In this document: in pieces, positions 26,301 to 38,887 of the stretch
Layout of the letters: each line of letters opens with the position of its first letter
How positions within the stretch are numbered: position 1 is the stretch's first letter
Position numbers and translations under genes: made by a program
Assembly: GCA_043228905.1 (NCBI GenBank)
Contig: JBHGNT010000002.1
Span: forward strand, 16,492,001-16,556,000
DNA: 64,000 nt
DNA from: Azolla caroliniana
Taxonomy: Eukaryota > Plantae > Polypodiophyta
Direction: 5' to 3'
The notes under the pieces: generated by a model
What the model was told of the DNA's origin: nothing
Database searches by the model: none
What the model saw: the letters and a program-made list of their open reading frames with translations, nothing else

Positions 26301-27203
26301 GTTCAAATACTAGGCCAAATGTATGGTGGCGATAAAAAGAAAGTGTAAGATGAGAAGACACATAAATTGTTGGTTATGTTCATGTTGTTTACAATACAAT
26401 ATGGGTAAATAAATAGATTGTCAAAAGGACTCAATGAAAATTCAAGTGGAAGGTAATGGCACTATTTCATTTTAAGAATAGAATGAGGATGGATGCATGC
26501 AATCTTACATTTGGAAAGGTGGAATTTCATACACTCTAATTTAGTGCCATAGACAATGTTGACTTTGGATATTAACTTGGGGAATACTCCAAATGAGTAG
26601 CCCGTAATTAGAGGCGATGAGGAAATGGATCGATCGTGTCGATAATTGTCAAACTTGTCACACTGACTAGGTATAGAGCCCTTGCATGAAAATTTGGGAT
26701 TTATTTAATGAAAGAGTTTTCGGCGAACTTTCTATCGCAAATAGAAAATGAGCATAAAGATTAAAAGGCAAGTTCATTTAAGTCAAATGAGAATGAAGTC
26801 ATTTTATTAGTATCCAAACAAAAGACACAAAAAGGTATCGTGGCAATGAAGGAACATTTGAATGTTCAAACGTGAATGAATACACTCTCCGGTTCTTCTT
26901 CTTCTTCGTCGTCTTCGTCTTCGTCTTCAATGACTTAACTTCTCGAATAGCAGTTTGGGTTCGGAAGGAGATAATAGGAGACGAGACGAGACGAGACGAT
27001 ATAATGAATGAATGAATGACTCACGCGTTTTTGAAAGAGTTGAACATTTCCATTCCATTCCCTTTTATTCTAGGGAAAGAAATGGAAAAGAAAGTCCTCT
27101 TTGCTTAGCCTCTGCCCCCCACCACCCTTTGACCCATGACCAGCAAAGCAACATCATAAAGTATACTTTTCTTCTTTGGGCTTGACTTTTAGATCTTTCA
27201 AAT

Positions 27204-27242
<39 letters not shown>
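27204..27242. repeat. (CT)n(CA)n compound microsatellite upstream of the IDA-like gene
   Basis: Direct reading; (TCA)n and (TCC)n tracts follow at ~27298-27369. Confidence 0.9.
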
Positions 27243-27268
27243 TGCCCCTCTTCTTTTGTTCAACTGCC

Positions 27269-27278
27269 TATATATTAA
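27269..27278 (+). promoter_or_regulatory. Probable TATA box of the IDA-like gene
   Basis: CTATATATTAA about 155 bp upstream of the ATG, followed by a pyrimidine-rich leader. Confidence 0.55.
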
Positions 27279-27425
27279 CAAACCAACTACTTCTCCTTCA
27301 TCATCATCATCATCTCCTTCTTTCCTCAACAAATTAATCCTCCTCCTCCTCCTCCTCCTCCTCCTCCTCAATTTTCCTGCCATTAAATAAGAGATCAAGC
27401 ATTCATTGAAACAGGAGAGCATATT

Positions 27426-27692
27426 ATGTTGCATGTTCAGAAGCAACTTAATCTTCTCCTCCTCATTGCCTCCATTCTATCCATCATCTCTGTGATTAAT
27501 AACATCCCTTCATGCCAATCCGCGAGGCCCATCCAGGACCAGGAGCCATCCAATTATGATAAGGTTCAAAATGATCAAGTATATATTGTTGGGAGCTCTC
27601 CGGTGAGTATTCGAGACGCGGGTACTTACATCTTCTCCATGCTCCCCAGGACTCCCGTGCCGCCCTCCGGCCCTAGCAAAACACATAACTGA
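27426..27692 (+). CDS. IDL: IDA/IDA-like (INFLORESCENCE DEFICIENT IN ABSCISSION family) secreted peptide precursor, 88 aa, intronless
   Basis: N-terminal hydrophobic signal peptide ending CQS-ARP, variable middle, and C-terminal EPIP motif FSMLPRTPVPPSGPSKTHN (compare Arabidopsis IDA FGYLPKGVPIPPSAPSKRHN) ending at the stop. Confidence 0.9.
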   Translation: MLHVQKQLNLLLLIASILSIISVINNIPSCQSARPIQDQEPSNYDKVQNDQVYIVGSSPVSIRDAGTYIFSMLPRTPVPPSGPSKTHN

Positions 27693-28699
27693 TCTCCCGC
27701 CCGTGCCACCGACCAATTCTTATTTCATGATGATTCGGGTCCGGTGCCAGCCCCCTGTACAAAGTAGGCCGAAAAGCTCAAGGCTTCAATCTATACTTAG
27801 TGATTGCCATAGGTTTTCATTCATTACCCTTATACAGATGGGAATAAGATCCCACACAACCCCATTCACAATATACACATCATGAATTGTTTCGATCCGT
27901 GGTCTCCTAGAATTACCAGTTTAAAATTCGCCACCGGCCCTTGAGCTCTGGTTTTGCAGAGAAATTGTACACAATATTGCGAATTTTTATCATAGCCCAC
28001 ATGATCTACATTCTTTTTAAATTATTACTAATTAGAAGAGAACTTGCAGGTACCATTACTAGCTGTAAGAAAACACATACTTTAGTATTGTGTATTTACA
28101 ACCAGGCTTACTTTACTGAGGTGCATAATAATTTAAAAGCTTACTCGGTCTTGTATTCAAGGTTAATTTTTTTGTAAATTCCATGGCCAAGGAATTGGAT
28201 AATTGCCTTGAACACACCAGTTATCACTATTCTTTTGAATTCATTGCAAAATAGCTTCTCAGATAATGAAATAATCATCATGATTAATTAGGAGTATTCA
28301 TGATCATTGGCATCACATCACTTTATTGCAATGATACATCCTCTTGGCCACTTATGTGTGTCATACTTTCAGACCGTTGGTTTTTTTGAGCTAAAGTCTG
28401 TGCAATTATGAATATGAAATAAACCAAAAAGGCTATTCATATGATATTCAATGTACATTTCATTGTTACAACACTCCTAAGTTATGATTGTAACAAAGTT
28501 ACACTTTGAGTTTGTGGTCGCCAATGATGATGGAGTCTTTCGAAGGAACATAGCAACGTTACATATGTAGGGTTGTGGAATTAGGTTGGATTCGTAAGCT
28601 TGTTTATTTATTTTTGGTACCATGAGATGCAACATAGTGTAGCCACACACACATAGATTGACTGCATTTATTTACATGGTGATTGACGGTTTGTTGAAG

Positions 28700-29900
28700 T
28701 GTCCGGTCACTTTAACAATTTTTATTATACGTGTGAAAGGGCAATGGATGCCATGTAGAAGTGGTGTTTTTTAGTGTGAAAAAAAGAAAACCTTTAGAAG
28801 AAGAAGAAAAATGGGAAGAAGAGAGGGAGACTTGGAGAGATTTGAGAATGCCACACCACAAGCTCTATCTTCAACTCCTCAGTCTTCCCACTCCCATACT
28901 CTAGGTGTGATCTTCGTGCCTTCTACTACGACATGTGGGCTTCATCATCCATTGCGAGTATAGTTGCGAGTTTGTTCTCTCTCTCTCTCTCTCTCTCTCA
29001 TGCGTTTGCAAGTATAGTTGTTATTGATGTGTAGTCCCCAATTTGTCGGCTTCCGACATAGCTCTACTTCACTCTAGTGTATCTAGCGGTAGAGCTTGTA
29101 TAGCCCTTGTATTCTCTTTGTTGATAGTGGATTGTTTTGGACTTCGCGCCATGGTTGTTTCCCTCTGTACAAGGTTTTTCCACGTTAAATCATGTGTCAT
29201 CTACCTTGTATCGTTTGTGTATTTTGTGCTTTTCTTTGCCATTGCTCCTTAATATGTGAGCTTTATACATGATGCTTGTTACACTCTCACGTTTCCAAAC
29301 CTATCAAGTGATATCAGAGCCAAGGTTGTGTTCCTTGCTCGATTCATAAATGGAGGCCAACGCATCAACAATGGTCATTGTAAATGGTACAAATTATCAA
29401 AAATGGAAAGGTAAAATCAGGGATTTGCGTTTTGTCAAAAATCAACATTTACCTATGTTTGCAAATAATAAGCTTAAAAAGAAAAGTGATCAGGAATGGC
29501 CTTTTGAAAACCAACAAGTATGTGGTTTTATTCATCAATGGGTAGGAGATAATGTCTTGAATCATAGTGTGAATGAAACAAATGCAAAGACATTATGGAA
29601 CAAACAGGAAACCTTGTACGCTTCTAGAACTAGTAGCAATAAGTTATTTTTGCTTGAACAAGTGATGCATTTGACCTATAAAGACATTAACTTCATCTTT
29701 TATCATCTGAATGAATTTCAAGGTTGTTTTGATCAATTGTTTGGCATGGGCATGAAATTTGAAGAAGAAGTTCTTGCTATGTGGTTGCTAAACCCTCTTC
29801 TTGATTCGTGGGAAATTTTTACGGTTTCTCTTCGACAAGAAAATGTCTACTTAGAGTTAGTACATTTAGATATTTGTGGACCTTTGAAGGTAAGGTCAAT
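28700..29900 (+). mobile_element. Degraded Copia relic: 5' LTR end, PBS, gag fragment fused to integrase fragment
   Basis: ...CCTATCA AG TGATATCAGAGC (29309-29320). ORF 29350-29931 has NGTNYQKWK gag, then jumps to LELVHLDICGP integrase. LTR start uncertain. Confidence 0.75.
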
Positions 29901-29913
29901 AGTTGACTGGAGT

Positions 29914-30260
29914 TGTCATGGGAAGGGTTGAACCTATGACCTATGTGTATGTATAATAAGGACTTAACCATCAAGCTATCTGATACATATGTTAATTTTA
30001 TTCTAGTAATAAATCTAGAACTTCTTAGAACATTCTAGAAAACCCTAGAGTGCTCCTAGACCCACTATATAATGAAGCCCCCACTCTTCTCGAACCATTT
30101 CGGTTCAACACTAGTCTTGAGTCCTCCAAGTAAGTTGGAATCAATAGGTTGACCATCAATGACTATCACTAAAGTTGGATAAAGAAGCTTTTCTAAAGTT
30201 ATTTTGTGTGTCAAGGCAAAATCTCGATCCATGAAGCAAGAGTTGGCACCACTATCTAAT
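29914..30260. mobile_element. Gypsy relic: LTR-like start with antisense tRNA-like segment, plus aspartic protease fragment on minus strand
   Basis: TGTCATGG start; minus strand TAGCTTGATGGTTAAG...GGTTCAACCC; LLDSGANSCFMD motif in ORF 30065-30394(-). Confidence 0.55.
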
Positions 30261-33200
30261 AGAGTAGGAGTATGTATTGTGGTACTATTTGATGTGCAAG
30301 AACAAGCAATGAATGAAACAGAGTTGGTTGCCGATGAAAAAGAGGATGAATTAGCTCCCCCGAAGCCGAATATTTTAGATATTTTTGAAGACAATTAGAA
30401 GATTGATTTTGTAAATTCAATTGTACAAAGCATTGTCCCACGAGCATGTTGTAAAAAGAATAGCGTGCGTAAGCAATAGAAAACCGAACACAGAAACGCA
30501 AGTTTAATGGAGAGCTTGAATATACACAGTACGCGGGAGATACAGACGGAGAGAGAGAGAGTGCACACGAAACTCAATTCAAAAATAATACTCAGTTTGT
30601 ACATAGGATGTGCTCAGTGAGCACTTTTATACAAGTTCATACAGACTGACAGAAGTACTGACACGTACTTCAATAATCATAACTGAGCTCTACACTTACT
30701 CCCAAAATATATTCCTACGCAAAATATCTTTCCAACGGCCTCGTGGTTTACACATTGCTACGGCCTCTCATTGCGTACTAGTTTGCGTAACAGTTTATGC
30801 ACCCGATTTACGCACCGATCGGTCCCAACCGATCCGGCCAATGTTGAGCCTTTATCACAACACTCCCCCTCAAGCTCAACTTGAGGTTCCATCCGCTCTT
30901 CCGGATCTACGCTCTGGTTCCTTCTGGCTTCACGCCTTGCTCGCGCTCCTCGACCTATTCGATTCCGTGCGCCTCGAGCCTTCTAGTTGGCTTGCGTGCT
31001 TGTGCGGCCCTTCTCAGCTCCGTTGTTGTTGCAGTGTTGGCGCTTGTGCTGTTACCTTCTCTTCCGCTTGGCCCTCAGTTGATTCGGCGTATCCGAATCA
31101 AACATCTGAACCAACTCGGCTTCCTCCTATCGGTTTTCTCTTTCGTCCGAGTTGGCTGTCTCCAACTCGTCTTCGGTCTTCTTGCCCTTGATGGCTCCGT
31201 CTCCCCCACACTTGGTTGGCTTCGGCTCTTTCTTTCGACCACTCCCCTTATATCCGCTTTCGGAATCATCCGCGGATCTGCCCTCGGCTTCTTCAGCCGA
31301 TCCGAAATTGAATTCGTCATCTGACTCGGCATTGCGGTCTTCCGGAACTTCTCTTCCCCTTCTGTGGTCATTCGGGACGTCTCTCCCCCTCAAGTTCGGC
31401 ATGTCGAGGTGATGCAACCCAAGTGCACCCGAGAATTGCCGCAACTTGTCTAGACCAAGAGGCTTGGTGAAGATGTCGGCGGTCTGCCGATCCGTCGGAA
31501 CATACTGAAGTTCGACTTCACCGGAGAGGACACGCTCACGGACGAAATGGTAGTGCACCTCAATGTGCTTAGTCCAGGCGTGGAAGACAAGGTTCTTTGC
31601 TAGCTGGATGTTGCTGAGGTTGTCGCAGTAGATTGTCGTTGGATTGGATACCTCCGCCTGTAGATCCTTAAGTAGTCGCTACAACCATATGGCTTCGCAT
31701 GTCGCGACAACCGCTCCTCTATACTCGGCTTCGGTGCTCGACAGCGCAACTGTCGGTTGCTTCTTGCTACTCCACGCGATCGCGGCACTCCCAAGAGAGA
31801 ATGCGAAACCGGATGTGGATCGGCAATCGGCGACGTTGTCGGCCCAGTCCGCATTGGTGTAACCGACCAACTGCGGGGTTGTACCGGTCTGATATAGTAG
31901 CCCCCGGTCCTTAGTGCCGCTTACGTACCACAGTACGCGTTGCGCACACTAAAGGTGCTCTTCGGTAGGTCGCGCAATGAACTAACTAATCACCCCTATC
32001 GGGTAGCTAATCTTGATCTAGTCGGGTGAATGGTCAAGTATATAAGGCTTCCGACTATTTGTCGGAACCTCGTCGGGTCGCATACCTTTCTGGAATCGGG
32101 GCAAAGCCTGATGGTTCTATCCAGAGGAGTCGAGACAGACTTACAGTTGGCCATCCCGAATTTGAAGAGCATACTCAGCACGTAATGGCGTTGGCTGATC
32201 ACTTCGATCCCGAGGAAGTAATGAAGGTCCCCTAGATCCTTCATGTCGAATGATGCCGCAAGTTGGAGCTTCACGCAGTCAATCTCACTTAGGTCGGCGC
32301 TAGTGATGACCAAGTCATCAACATAAAGTAAAATGCTAACCGGCCCAAGTCGACGTTTCCGGATGAACGGTGAGGAGTCCAATTTTGACGTTGCAAAGCC
32401 CATCCGACGCAATCGTTGCATGATCTTCATGTTCCAGGCACACCGGGCTTGCTTTAGTCCGTAAAGGGACTTCTTCAACCGGCACACCGCCGAGGTGTTT
32501 GTTCCGGAGTGAAATCCGGGGGGTTGTACCATGTACACCTATTCCTCAAGCTCACCTTGCAGGAACACATTCTTTGCATCCATCTGATGTAAGTGCCACC
32601 CCTTCGCCACAGCTACTGCGAGCAAAAAGCAAATGGTTGTCATCTTCACGATAGGCGCGAAGGTCTCGTCGTAGTCCACGCTGTGCTTCTGCGCGTAGCC
32701 TTTCGCTACTAACCGGGCCTTGTATCGGTTGACCGAGCCGTCAGTGTTGTACTTGACCTTGTACACCCACCTACACCCGATTGGCTTCACACCTTTCGGT
32801 GCGTCTACCAGGTCCCAGGTTTCATTTTCCGCCAATGCGCACATCTCTTCCTCCATTGTGGCACGCCAATTCGCGTCCTTCGCCACTTCTACGTAGCTCT
32901 CCGGCTCATGCACTTCCGCTACATGGGTCATGTACACATAGTGATGCACCATGTACTCATTGTATCCGAACCGCACAATAGGGTTATTCTGGCGGGTATA
33001 TCGGCGTAATTGCTCATTAGCCGATGTTGAGGCTGTCTTGGCCGACGCGGACTTCTCTCTCGAAGACCTGTCCTCACTTCCCTCGGAGTCGGACTCGTCT
33101 CGATCTGACTCGTTCCTATCCGTGTCATAATCCGACACCTTCTTCTTCCCTTTTTCCTTGCACGTAAGCCATCTCCTCGGCTTTCTACGAGGGAAATGCA

Positions 33201-35786
33201 TGGTCGAGTCTCCACTCCTCGCCGGCTCTTCTTCGGACTGGTCAAACCGACTCAATCGTCCATTCAAACCACTTAACCAAAACAAGATCGGACTCTCTTA
33301 GAGGGTCCCGATTTCACCCTCATCCGGAGGCACTTCAGCCTCGTTGACCTCATCATCAGAACTCGGATTGGAGTTGAGATCCGGAGTCGGAGGCAAGTAC
33401 CAAGACGTAGACTCGTCAAACACAACGTCGCGGCTCACGCGAGCTTGTTTGGTTTGGGGGTTATAACACTTATAACCCTTCTGCTCGTCCGAATAGCCGA
33501 CTAAGATACACTTCTCAGCTTTCGCGTCCAACTTCCTCCGTTTCTCCTTCGGCACATGCACATACGCAATGCTACCGAAAACTCTCAAGTGTCGTAGATT
33601 CAATTTCCTTCCAAAATACAACTCATGCGCTGACACTTTGTCTCCAATCCGATTCTGGATGTACACCATGGTTCGTACCACCTCGGCCCAATAGAACTTG
33701 GGCAAGCTCTTTTCTTCCAGCATTGCCTGCGCCGCTTCTACAATCGACCGATTTTTCCTTTCGGCCACGCCGTTTTGCTCCGGCGTATATCTGCAACTAA
33801 ATTCGCGCCGAATTCCCATTTGTTGCAAATACCTGTTGAATTGACCGGAAAAGTACTCCTTTTCGCCATCCGACCGCAAGCACTTGATCTCTCTTCCTGT
33901 TTCCCTTTCGACAAAACTCTTGAGGTCCCGGAAACAGTCGAAGACTTCACTTTTCTTCTCAATGAGGTAGATCCACGTGTGTCGCGTATAGTCGTCGATG
34001 AAGGAGATGAAATATCAACTCCCGCCAAGACTAACGTTCTATGCCGGCCCCCATACATTGGAATGTATCAAGTCGAGCTTGTTCCAGCTCTGATTATGCT
34101 CGTTAGGGAAAGGAAGTCGGTGTTGCTTCCCTAGCTGGCAAGCTTCACAAATTTGGGCCCTCCGACCACTGAATTTGGGCAATCCGAACACAACTTGTTT
34201 CGATTGCATGTCTTGAAGCCGTTGATAGTTGACGTGGCCTATCCGCTTGTGCCATAAGTCGATATCCGACTCGACTTTTTGTCCTTTCGCGAACATTGGG
34301 GTGCCACTGTCACTAGAGTTGAGGATGAACATCCTCCCATCTCTACGCCCTTGCGCAATAACTCGACCTTCTTCCTCGATGAAGCACCCGAGATGCGTAA
34401 ACTGAACCTGCATCCCCTGGTTGACGATCTATCCGACCGACACCAGGTTCTTCGTGATTGTTGGAACATGTAACACGTTCATGAGTCTCCCTTTCTGCCC
34501 AACATGGCTCAGGGGAACTTCACCGACATTTGCGATCAGATGCGGAGTGTCGTCTCCGGTTGCGACTACTCCTAGTTGCATCGGTTTCTCAAGGTATGAG
34601 AACCACTCCTTGTGGCACGTCATGTGGTTTGATGTGCCGGCGTTGACCTACCACACCTCGTCCTATTTTGGGGTGAACTTCTTCATCGAGTTCACTTCGT
34701 GTCTCATCACGAAGGCTGACCCTTTTTCGGCTTTTCCAGATCCTTCGGCATACTGCGATTGCTGCCGATTACCCTTGTCGATTTGTCCGGAACATGTTCT
34801 GGATCCGGTCCTCTCCGAATCGGCGCGTTTCTTCCAGCACTCGCTCTCCTTGTGGCCTTTCTTGCCACAGTACCAACATTCCGCGGCAGATTTCCCTTGT
34901 CGGTTCTCGTCGCCTCGACTCCCCCTATTTCTGGAGGGTCCGGAATTGCTGTCGGCATCACTTCGGTGCCTCCTTCCTTGGTCCCGTCGGCCACTTCCAT
35001 TGCGCACCGACTCACCTCGTCCGCCATGACCACGGGGCCTATCTCCCTCCGTGTACAACATCTTGTTGTTGGCATGTGTTCTCGTCGACGCACCCGAGTG
35101 GTTCTCCTGTATAAGGAGCATCAATTGTAGGTCGAAAAACGACGGCGTATTCTCCCGTGTATACACAACAGTTCGGAACGCTCCGAACTTCAACGTCAGT
35201 CCCCCGAGATAGATCTACACCATCTCGCCTTCCTCAACATTCACATCGATAGAGGCTAAGGAGTCGCATATTTCTTTGATCTTCGAGGTGTAATCAGCCA
35301 CCGACAAGTCGCGTTGCCACCATACGGATTGACAGAAGTACTGACACGTGCTTCAATGCTCATAATTGAGCTCTACACTTACTCCCAAAATATATTCCTA
35401 CGTAGAATATATTTCCAATGGCCTCATGGTTTACGCACCGCTACGACCTCTTGTTGCATACTAGTTTGCGTAATAGTTTACGCACCCAGTTTATGCACCG
35501 GTCCAGCCTAACCGATCGGTCCCAATCGATCCAGTTCTCGGCTTGCTCAGCAAATCCAGCCAATGTTGAGCTTGTATCTCAACACATGCCATGTGTTACC
35601 TAGGGAGATCGACTTAGAGTGTGAAAGGGCCGAAAGATGTGTAAAAGGAAGGTTGTGGCCAAAAGGGTTGGCCCTTTCACTAGAAGGTTGTATCCGATTC
35701 AGACATATTTATAATATTATCCATAATAGCCGATCGGGTATAACAAAGTATTACCAAATTTCCATTTGTAATTCTATCCCTCCAAC
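30261..35786 (+). mobile_element. 3' remnant of tRNA-Arg-group Gypsy element A (ORF3 tail, tRNA-like tract, LTR_A from 35594), split by C5 and by the 35787-48134 composite; LTR resumes 48140-~48205
   Basis: ORF end NILDIFEDN* matches SILDILDEE* of element X. Removing C5 gives TCCCACGAGCATGCCATG|TGTTACCTAGG. Confidence 0.7.
30450..35584 (-). mobile_element. Ty1/Copia element C5 (C4-related), internally deleted
   Basis: 3' LTR at 30450-30862 with adjacent PPT; 5' LTR remnant 35321-35584 fused directly to gag (U5, PBS and gag start lost); TSD CATGT/CATGC; pol ORFs on minus strand (LYVDD in 31996-32538). Confidence 0.9.
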
Positions 35787-36287
35787 TGTTGTACGTTTTA
35801 GGGTTAGGGTTAAGGACGATGATGATGATGAATGATAACTATGATGATTGGTAATGAATGTGTGATGATGAGAGAGGACGTGAGAGAGATGATATAGAGA
35901 AGCATTGCGGGGTGGGGGGTGGTGCCTAGAATGGCTCCACCCCCCTCCCAAGGGGGTTCAACGTGAGAGAGGGAGAGAGAAGAGAAAAGGTGACAAAGAG
36001 AGCGATTAGAGAGAAATGTTCATTCATTTTTCATTCATTCCCCATAAGGGGTTAAATAGTACAAGAGGGGGTAGATACATAGGGGTGTAGGCCCCCTTGA
36101 GCATTCATACTGGACACTCACTCACACCTCCTCGTATCCATCCACATGCACACACGTGTGCATGTGTTCACATATGTATCGACTCACAATTACATTTATG
36201 CCTCCTACACATACACAACAACATCATGATAACATTCGACCCTCGATCATCACACTTGACTCTCCGTACATCTCGTACGGGGTAACA
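35787..36287 (-). repeat. LTR_C, 3' LTR of non-autonomous partner element Y (internal region 36288-38398)
   Basis: TGTTG...GGTAACA; no obvious similarity to LTR_B except termini; begins TGTTACC in element sense, like LTR_A and LTR_B. Confidence 0.7.
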
Positions 36288-38398
36288 CAATATGGCACGC
36301 CCGTGGGAAAGTGCCTTGCACGTCGATCCCACATGCCTTGATGATGATATTTCTTCGATCGGTCCTTTCAACGATCGACTCCCTCGATTAGAGTGCTTGA
36401 CTCGAACATCTTTGTCGGTCAACGAATCTTCCGCGACACGAACCTTCTCGTTCTGTTGGCTTACGAACTTTGGTAACATCATTCGGGTCGTTAAAAAGAC
36501 GTTGTATGTATGTGTGTTCTTCTTTGTATCTTGTGAGTTGTGTGTGGATCACATCCATTTCTTTTAGGTAGATGAGTTTTCGAAATTGCCTCGTTGCCCT
36601 TTGGTTATTAAAACACTAATATATACCCTCGAACTTTTGAATTTGCAATGGATACCCTCAAGGTTTTGCAATTTGTTGCCCTTGTCTTTGTCTTTACCTT
36701 TCTCCTTTCTGTTTTGTCTTCCTCTCTTTCTTCATTTTTTCTCTTCTTCCTGTCTGTTGGTCCATTTGTGTCTCCTTCTCTTCTCTTTCTTCATTTCTAC
36801 TTCTCTGTCTCTCCCGGTTGCTTCTTTGTTTGTCCGTGGTTTTTGGTGTCTTTCTCTTCTTCCATGACATCTTTTTCTTCCTTCACTGTTCTTCTTCTTC
36901 CTTGCATTTCTCTTCTCTCTTCTTCTTATTTTCTGCATGTCTACCTCTTTCTTCTCTGTGTTGTCTTTGTTTTGGTTGTCGTGGTTGGTCGTCTGTCCAG
37001 CCCGTTTGGCCACTCCGGCCACTATTCGGCTATTACGGCCGCTTCGGTAGTTCCTCGGCCACTCTTTGGTCGCTCGTCCGTCTCCATCTCCTGTCGTGGC
37101 CATCTCCGACCACTGATGCCGTCCTTGTCCAGCCATCTCCGTTCGGCCACTACGACCGCTCTTAGGTCGCTCTCCGGCCTCTCCTCCGTCTCTGTCGGTG
37201 TTCGGTTGTCGTCCTCCTCTTTCGACCATGTGTTCGGTCCGTCGTCCCGACCGTCTCGTCCACTGTTCAACAATCGGTGTGGCCGCGCCCTTCCGGCCTC
37301 ACCGGCCTTTTCCATCATTGTCTCGACCGCTGTCTGGCTACCTCTGTTGCGGAATCCATCATCGTCTCTGTCGGTTCCCGTCCGTTTGAGTCCGCCTCTG
37401 TGTCTCCGGCTCCGTTGCTATCTTTGTACGGCCATAGTCCGGTGTTGCTGCTTTTTGGTCGCTCGTCCGTCGCCTTGTCCGGCGTGTCTGTCCGTTCCGG
37501 TCATCCTCTCGTCGTCTGTCCGGTTGTCAGTTGTCTGGTACTGGTCCATCCGGCCCGTCTGGCTTTCTGTTCGGCCCGACCATCACTTTCTTTCCAGCCC
37601 TTCGATAATCTCTATTTGGCTATTTCGTGTATTTCTCTGTCCTTTGTCTTCGTCGCATGGCCTTGTTCGGTTGCCGCTTGTTGTTGTTCGGCCACTGCTC
37701 AGGCTAGTCTCTATCAGTCATCGTCAGTGTTCAACCTCTCCTTTTGGTGGTTTTGGTATCTAGCTTCATCGGTTATCCGTTAGTTGCCGTTCTAGCCACT
37801 ATCTAGCCTATCTGCCGGCTCCATCATCATCTCCAATCGTCTCCAATGCCATCTTTATCGGTTCATTTGTCTGGCCGTCTTGATTTTCATTCATCATTAT
37901 CCTGTATGGCGCCTATCTTTTCTGTTGTGTTTGTATGTCTCTTCGTCTTCGTCCACTTCTTCCAGACAATGCCATCATGCTCTTATCTTTATATTTTCTT
38001 TTGCAATTAGATTCAAGCCAAATAGACCCAACCTAACCAACAAAACACACTCAAAATACCGTTGATAGCAGCAAAATCGTGCAATAGAGAACATGTCATT
38101 TCCCGCTTCACTCGCACATACTTTTGCGGAACATTGTCACCGTCATTTGCATGTTTCCGCCATTTCTGGCACTTAGTCACTATGGCTTGCATTGTCGCAC
38201 ATCATTACCATCATTTGCTGCTTTTCTTGCATAATTCTGCAGTGAATAGTCATCGCGCCATCGTTCTCTCTTACATTTCCACCAGTTCTCACACATTGTC
38301 GATTTGATTTCGCGTTGATGAGGGTTGCATCATTCTTCGCCGCGTATCATTCTTCGACTCCGTCTCCAAAGGGGGGTCGCCTTAGTGGTCGCAAACTG

Positions 38399-38833
38399 TG
38401 TTAACTCTTAGGGCCAGACAATGGCCTAACACAGGGTGTCTACGGAAGACACTTCCCCAAAGGGTGTTACGGCAACCGGATCTGCCTCAACGCTTAATCC
38501 TACTTGATTAAGTTACTTATTATGATCGTCTTTCATAACACACGTGTAAGATATAACAATTAAGACAAAACGGCAATTAACATAGAGAGATAACAATGCT
38601 TAAGCTTTCATTAATTAACCGCCCTTGATTACATTGTATCCGGGCCTTTAAATAGGTTTCCGGTCTGTATTACAAAACGGTGCCATCTGCACCTGTTCGG
38701 GATCGGTCCGGATCCGGAACGGCATACCGTTTCCAGTCCGTCCGTCCACACTCATAGCTTAATTACAACCACATTCCTACTACTTAAATAACTCTCCGTT
38801 TCCCACTCTGGACTCCTTTGCCGGCCGGTAACA
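38399..38833 (-). repeat. LTR_B (3' LTR of autonomous-type element X)
   Basis: 435-bp direct repeat of 47700-48134, about 11 differences by eye. Confidence 0.95.
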
Positions 38834-38887
38834 CATGGCACGCCCATGGGATAGTACCTTGTACGTTGAATCCACAACCGACCCTTG

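Noticed and set aside
27222-27446. Antisense ORF with poly-Arg/poly-Asp overlapping the IDA-like leader
   Set aside because: Translation of (TCC)n/(TCA)n microsatellites.
35797-35815. Telomere-like TTTAGGGTTAGGG (also AACCCTAA in W2 LTRs)
   Set aside because: Two to three imperfect units; telo-box-like motifs are common in plant promoters and LTRs.
35594-36287. Single LTR TGTTACC...GGTAACA flanked by PBSs on both sides
   Set aside because: Better explained as the start of LTR_A plus oppositely oriented LTR_C, separated at the CCAAC TSD (35782-35786).
36648-37763. 371-aa hydrophobic ORF inside element Y
   Set aside because: Arises from C/T-rich low-complexity sequence depleted of stops; no domain motifs and antisense to the element.
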